A DNA stretch of 32,000 nucleotides from Candidatus Saccharimonadota bacterium (GTDB lineage: Bacteria; Pseudomonadota; Gammaproteobacteria; Enterobacterales; Enterobacteriaceae): NCBI RefSeq assembly GCF_023585745.1, contig NZ_CP097762.1, positions 300,001-332,000 on the forward strand. The letters are read 5' to 3'. The notes beneath the pieces were generated by a model. It was not told the DNA's origin and ran no database searches. It saw only the letters and a list, made by a program, of their open reading frames with translations. A program made the position numbers and the translations under genes. This document shows, piece by piece, positions 29,100 through 32,000 of the stretch. Each line of letters starts with the position of its first letter. Position 1 is the first letter of the stretch.

Positions 29100-30212
29100 T
29101 TACAAAATCTTAGATATCATTTTTCTGTGACCGTTAATTGACATAACAATACCAAATCCTGCCATTAATCCTGACAACGATGAACCTCCATAACTTATTA
29201 ATGGCAATGGAACACCTACTATTGGTAATAGCCCGCTAACCATACCGATATTTACAATAACACATATGCATAATACTAACATAAATCCTCCTACAATTAA
29301 TCGACCAAACATATGCGATATACTTATAGCAATAAAAAAACCACGAAATATTATTCCCAAATACAAACACAATAATACTATTATCCCCAAAAAACCTAAT
29401 TCTTCACCTAAAACTGAAAAAATAAAATCAGTATGACGCTCAGGCAAAAATTCTAACCGTGATTGAGTCCCATGTAACCATCCCTTTCCAGTAAAACCCC
29501 CTGAACCTATCGCAATTTTAGATTGAATAATATGATACCCTGATCCTAAAGGATCCAATTCTGGATGTAATAACGTTTTAATTCTATCTTGTTGGTACTT
29601 ATGCATACAAAATAACCAAAATATAGGAATAACAAAAATTATTAGCAACAATGTTGATACAATTAATTTCCAACTAATTCCAGATAAAAATAATACAAAT
29701 AAACCAGAACTAATTATCAACATCGCTGTACCTAAATCTGGCTGTAAAAATACAAATACCGTAGGAAAAAATATAAGTAATAAAGTAACACTAATATTCA
29801 TTAGTGATGGGGGGTGAGAAGCTTTACTCAAATAATTAGCTACCATAAGTAAAACAGAAATTTTTACTATTTCTGATGGTTGAAATCTGATAATACCAAA
29901 ATCTAACCAACGTTGAGCCCCTTTACTAATTTGCCCCATAATGTTCACTAATATTAATAATATAATACAACAAACATATACATAAGGCGTTAAAACTTCA
30001 TAAGTCCTAGGAGGAATCTGCGCTAATATTAACATAATTATCATACCACCTATAACTTGCAATATTCTTAAACGTATTATTTCAAAATTTTGTCCACAAG
30101 CACTCCACATTATAAAAATACCATATAATAACAAAATAATAATTAACAAAAACAACTTCACATCAATATGATATTTATTCCATATTGAATATCTTCCAAT
30201 AATTTGTTTCAT
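29100..30212 (-). CDS. mrdB: SEDS peptidoglycan glycosyltransferase RodA
   Basis: 370 aa, the same length as E. coli RodA. GAQRWLDFGIIRFQPSEI, QPDLGTA, YHIIQSKIAIGSGG, FLPERHTDFIF and PLPLISYGGSS match. Confidence 0.96.
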   Translation of the reverse strand: MKQIIGRYSIWNKYHIDVKLFLLIIILLLYGIFIMWSACGQNFEIIRLRILQVIGGMIIMLILAQIPPRTYEVLTPYVYVCCIILLILVNIMGQISKGAQRWLDFGIIRFQPSEIVKISVLLMVANYLSKASHPPSLMNISVTLLLIFFPTVFVFLQPDLGTAMLIISSGLFVLFLSGISWKLIVSTLLLIIFVIPIFWLFCMHKYQQDRIKTLLHPELDPLGSGYHIIQSKIAIGSGGFTGKGWLHGTQSRLEFLPERHTDFIFSVLGEELGFLGIIVLLCLYLGIIFRGFFIAISISHMFGRLIVGGFMLVLCICVIVNIGMVSGLLPIVGVPLPLISYGGSSLSGLMAGFGIVMSINGHRKMISKIL

Positions 30213-30254
30213 AAATACATAATAATTAATTGTTTATAACAAACCATGTTTATA

Positions 30255-32000
30255 CTATTTCATCAAAACATAATCAAATATTTTTCTTGTAATCGTGCCT
30301 GTCGATAACCCAATTCCTCCGTTTTCTAAAATTATAACTACAGCTACTGTAGGTTTCTCGTATGGAGCAAAAGCAGTCATTAATTTATGATCTTTAAGAT
30401 ATATAGAAATACTATTTTGATCATATTTTTGACTGGATTTTAAACTAAATAATTGCGCAGTACCAGATTTTGCTGCAGCTTTATATGAAGCATCAGAAAA
30501 ACTGCTATTCACTGTTCCATTAGGACGATTAGCAGCCCCAAACATTCCATCTTTAGCAATTTTCCATACATTAGATTTTGGATCGCCTACTTGATCATAT
30601 TTTATTTGACGATATGGAATATGATCTTTATCTAAAATAATACTATTAAGCAAATGTGGTATGCGCACATTACCATCATTAATTAATGTTACTAAAGCTT
30701 TAGACATCTGAACAGGTGTTGCTGTCCAATATCCTTGCCCTATTCCTACAGAAATAGTATCACCCTGATACCAAGGTTTTTTAAAACGCTGGATTTTCCA
30801 TGCTTTTGTTGGCATCACGCCTGTCAATTCTTCAAATATATCTATACCAGTAGCTCTGCCATAGCCAAATTTACTCATCCATTCGGATAAATTATCTATT
30901 CCCATTTTATATGCTATCTGATAAAAAAAAGTATCAGACGATTCTTCAATTGCTTTAGTAATATTCAACTCTCCATGTCCCCATCGTTTCCAATCTCGAA
31001 AACGTTTGTCTGATCCTGGTAATTGCCACCAACCAGGATCAAAAAATAAAAAATTTTTATTAATTATACCCAAAATTAATGCAGATACTGAAATATAAGG
31101 TTTTACTGTAGATGCTGGAGGATACATACCTTGAGTAGCGCGATTAAGTAAAGGACAATTGCTATCACGCAGTAATGTACTATATTCTGAATTAGATATA
31201 CCGTTAACAAATAAATTTGGATCATAACTAGGATGTGAAATTAAAGATAGAATACCTCCATCTCTCGGATCTAACACAATTACAGAAGATCTACTGCCCG
31301 TTAATAATTTTATTATATATTGTTGTAAACTAACATCTAATGTTAAAATAATATTTTTTCCTGGTATAGGAGGTTGCTCATATAATTTTCTAATAACTTT
31401 TCCACGATTATTAATTTCTACCACTCCATAACCAGGAGTTCCACATAAAATATTTTCATAATAACGTTCAATACCCAATCTACCTATACTAAGAGCATTA
31501 GAAAAACAACGATCATTAAATATTCCTAGTTTATTGAATTGTTTTATATCCTCTTTATTAACTTTAGATACATATCCTATAACATGAGTTAAAACTGATC
31601 CATAAGGATAATAACGACGTTGATAACCTTTAATTTTTACTCCAGAAAATTTAAATTTATTCACCGCAAAACGAGCCTGTTGCTCCTCAGTTAAATTTAC
31701 TTTAATAGGTAAATTATCAAATTTAGAGGCTCGCTTAAGTACATGTTCAAAACGTATAATATCATTGTCACTTAAATTTAATAAAGATTTTAACTCATGA
31801 ATAGTATAATATAAATTATCAGTATTATCTGGAACAATTTCTAATTGATAAACGGTACGATTTGATGCTAATTCCATGCCATTACGGTCATAAATAATAC
31901 CTCTTTTTGGTAGTATTGGAATAATTTTAATACGATTTTTATTAGAAAAAGTAGTATACAATTGAAAATTCACTATTTGAATTTGATACAAATTAATAAA
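30255..32000 (-). CDS. mrdA: penicillin-binding protein 2 (elongasome transpeptidase), 5' end beyond the window
   Basis: The frame stays open to base 32000. The TTG at 31991 is an internal Leu (FINLYQIQIV parallels E. coli ..ANLYNLQIV..). The active-site STVKP (SxxK) and KSGTAQ motifs are present. About 40 N-terminal codons are missing from the window. Confidence 0.95.
   Translation of the reverse strand, partial: FINLYQIQIVNFQLYTTFSNKNRIKIIPILPKRGIIYDRNGMELASNRTVYQLEIVPDNTDNLYYTIHELKSLLNLSDNDIIRFEHVLKRASKFDNLPIKVNLTEEQQARFAVNKFKFSGVKIKGYQRRYYPYGSVLTHVIGYVSKVNKEDIKQFNKLGIFNDRCFSNALSIGRLGIERYYENILCGTPGYGVVEINNRGKVIRKLYEQPPIPGKNIILTLDVSLQQYIIKLLTGSRSSVIVLDPRDGGILSLISHPSYDPNLFVNGISNSEYSTLLRDSNCPLLNRATQGMYPPASTVKPYISVSALILGIINKNFLFFDPGWWQLPGSDKRFRDWKRWGHGELNITKAIEESSDTFFYQIAYKMGIDNLSEWMSKFGYGRATGIDIFEELTGVMPTKAWKIQRFKKPWYQGDTISVGIGQGYWTATPVQMSKALVTLINDGNVRIPHLLNSIILDKDHIPYRQIKYDQVGDPKSNVWKIAKDGMFGAANRPNGTVNSSFSDASYKAAAKSGTAQLFSLKSSQKYDQNSISIYLKDHKLMTAFAPYEKPTVAVVIILENGGIGLSTGTITRKIFDYVLMK

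Overview
This is a very AT-rich window from a reduced gammaproteobacterial (Enterobacterales-type) genome. It most resembles an insect endosymbiont such as Candidatus Blochmannia, but I cannot confirm the organism without a database search. It uses genetic code 11: TGA ends dnaE, accA and accB, and Trp is TGG. All long ORFs are intact housekeeping genes with clear E. coli counterparts: dnaE (3' part), accA, tilS, proS, aroQ-accB-accC, mreBCD, tldD, pmbA, lon, ffs (4.5S RNA), apt, dnaX, adk, lpxH, cysS, folD, tRNA-Arg(UCU), a 10-TM DMT/EamA transporter, rodA, and mrdA (5' end off-window). Gene order is a patchwork of E. coli syntenic blocks: dnaE-accA-tilS-proS; aroQ-accBC/mreBCD-tldD; and lon-ffs-apt-dnaX-adk-lpxH-cysS-folD-argU...mrdAB. 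The intervening genes are gone and have been replaced by 0.3-1.3 kb ORF-free, extremely AT-rich spacers. I see no mobile elements, integrases, CRISPR arrays, toxin-antitoxin pairs, defence genes or unexplained multi-gene clusters, so I do not think this window holds a novel biological system. The observations worth a second look are small-scale. (1) An A10 run in dnaX has a TAA immediately in the -1 frame, a possible route to a gamma-like product. (2) A sigma-32 type promoter is preserved in front of lon. (3) Two unusually long perfect AT hairpins sit in spacers: 18 bp after tilS and 15 bp in the cysS leader. (4) The argU-like tRNA has no encoded CCA. (5) A10/A9 slippage-prone tracts lie inside essential genes. 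(6) tldD and pmbA have become adjacent. (7) An uncharacterised DMT transporter is retained. (8) The spacers look like gene-loss scars.
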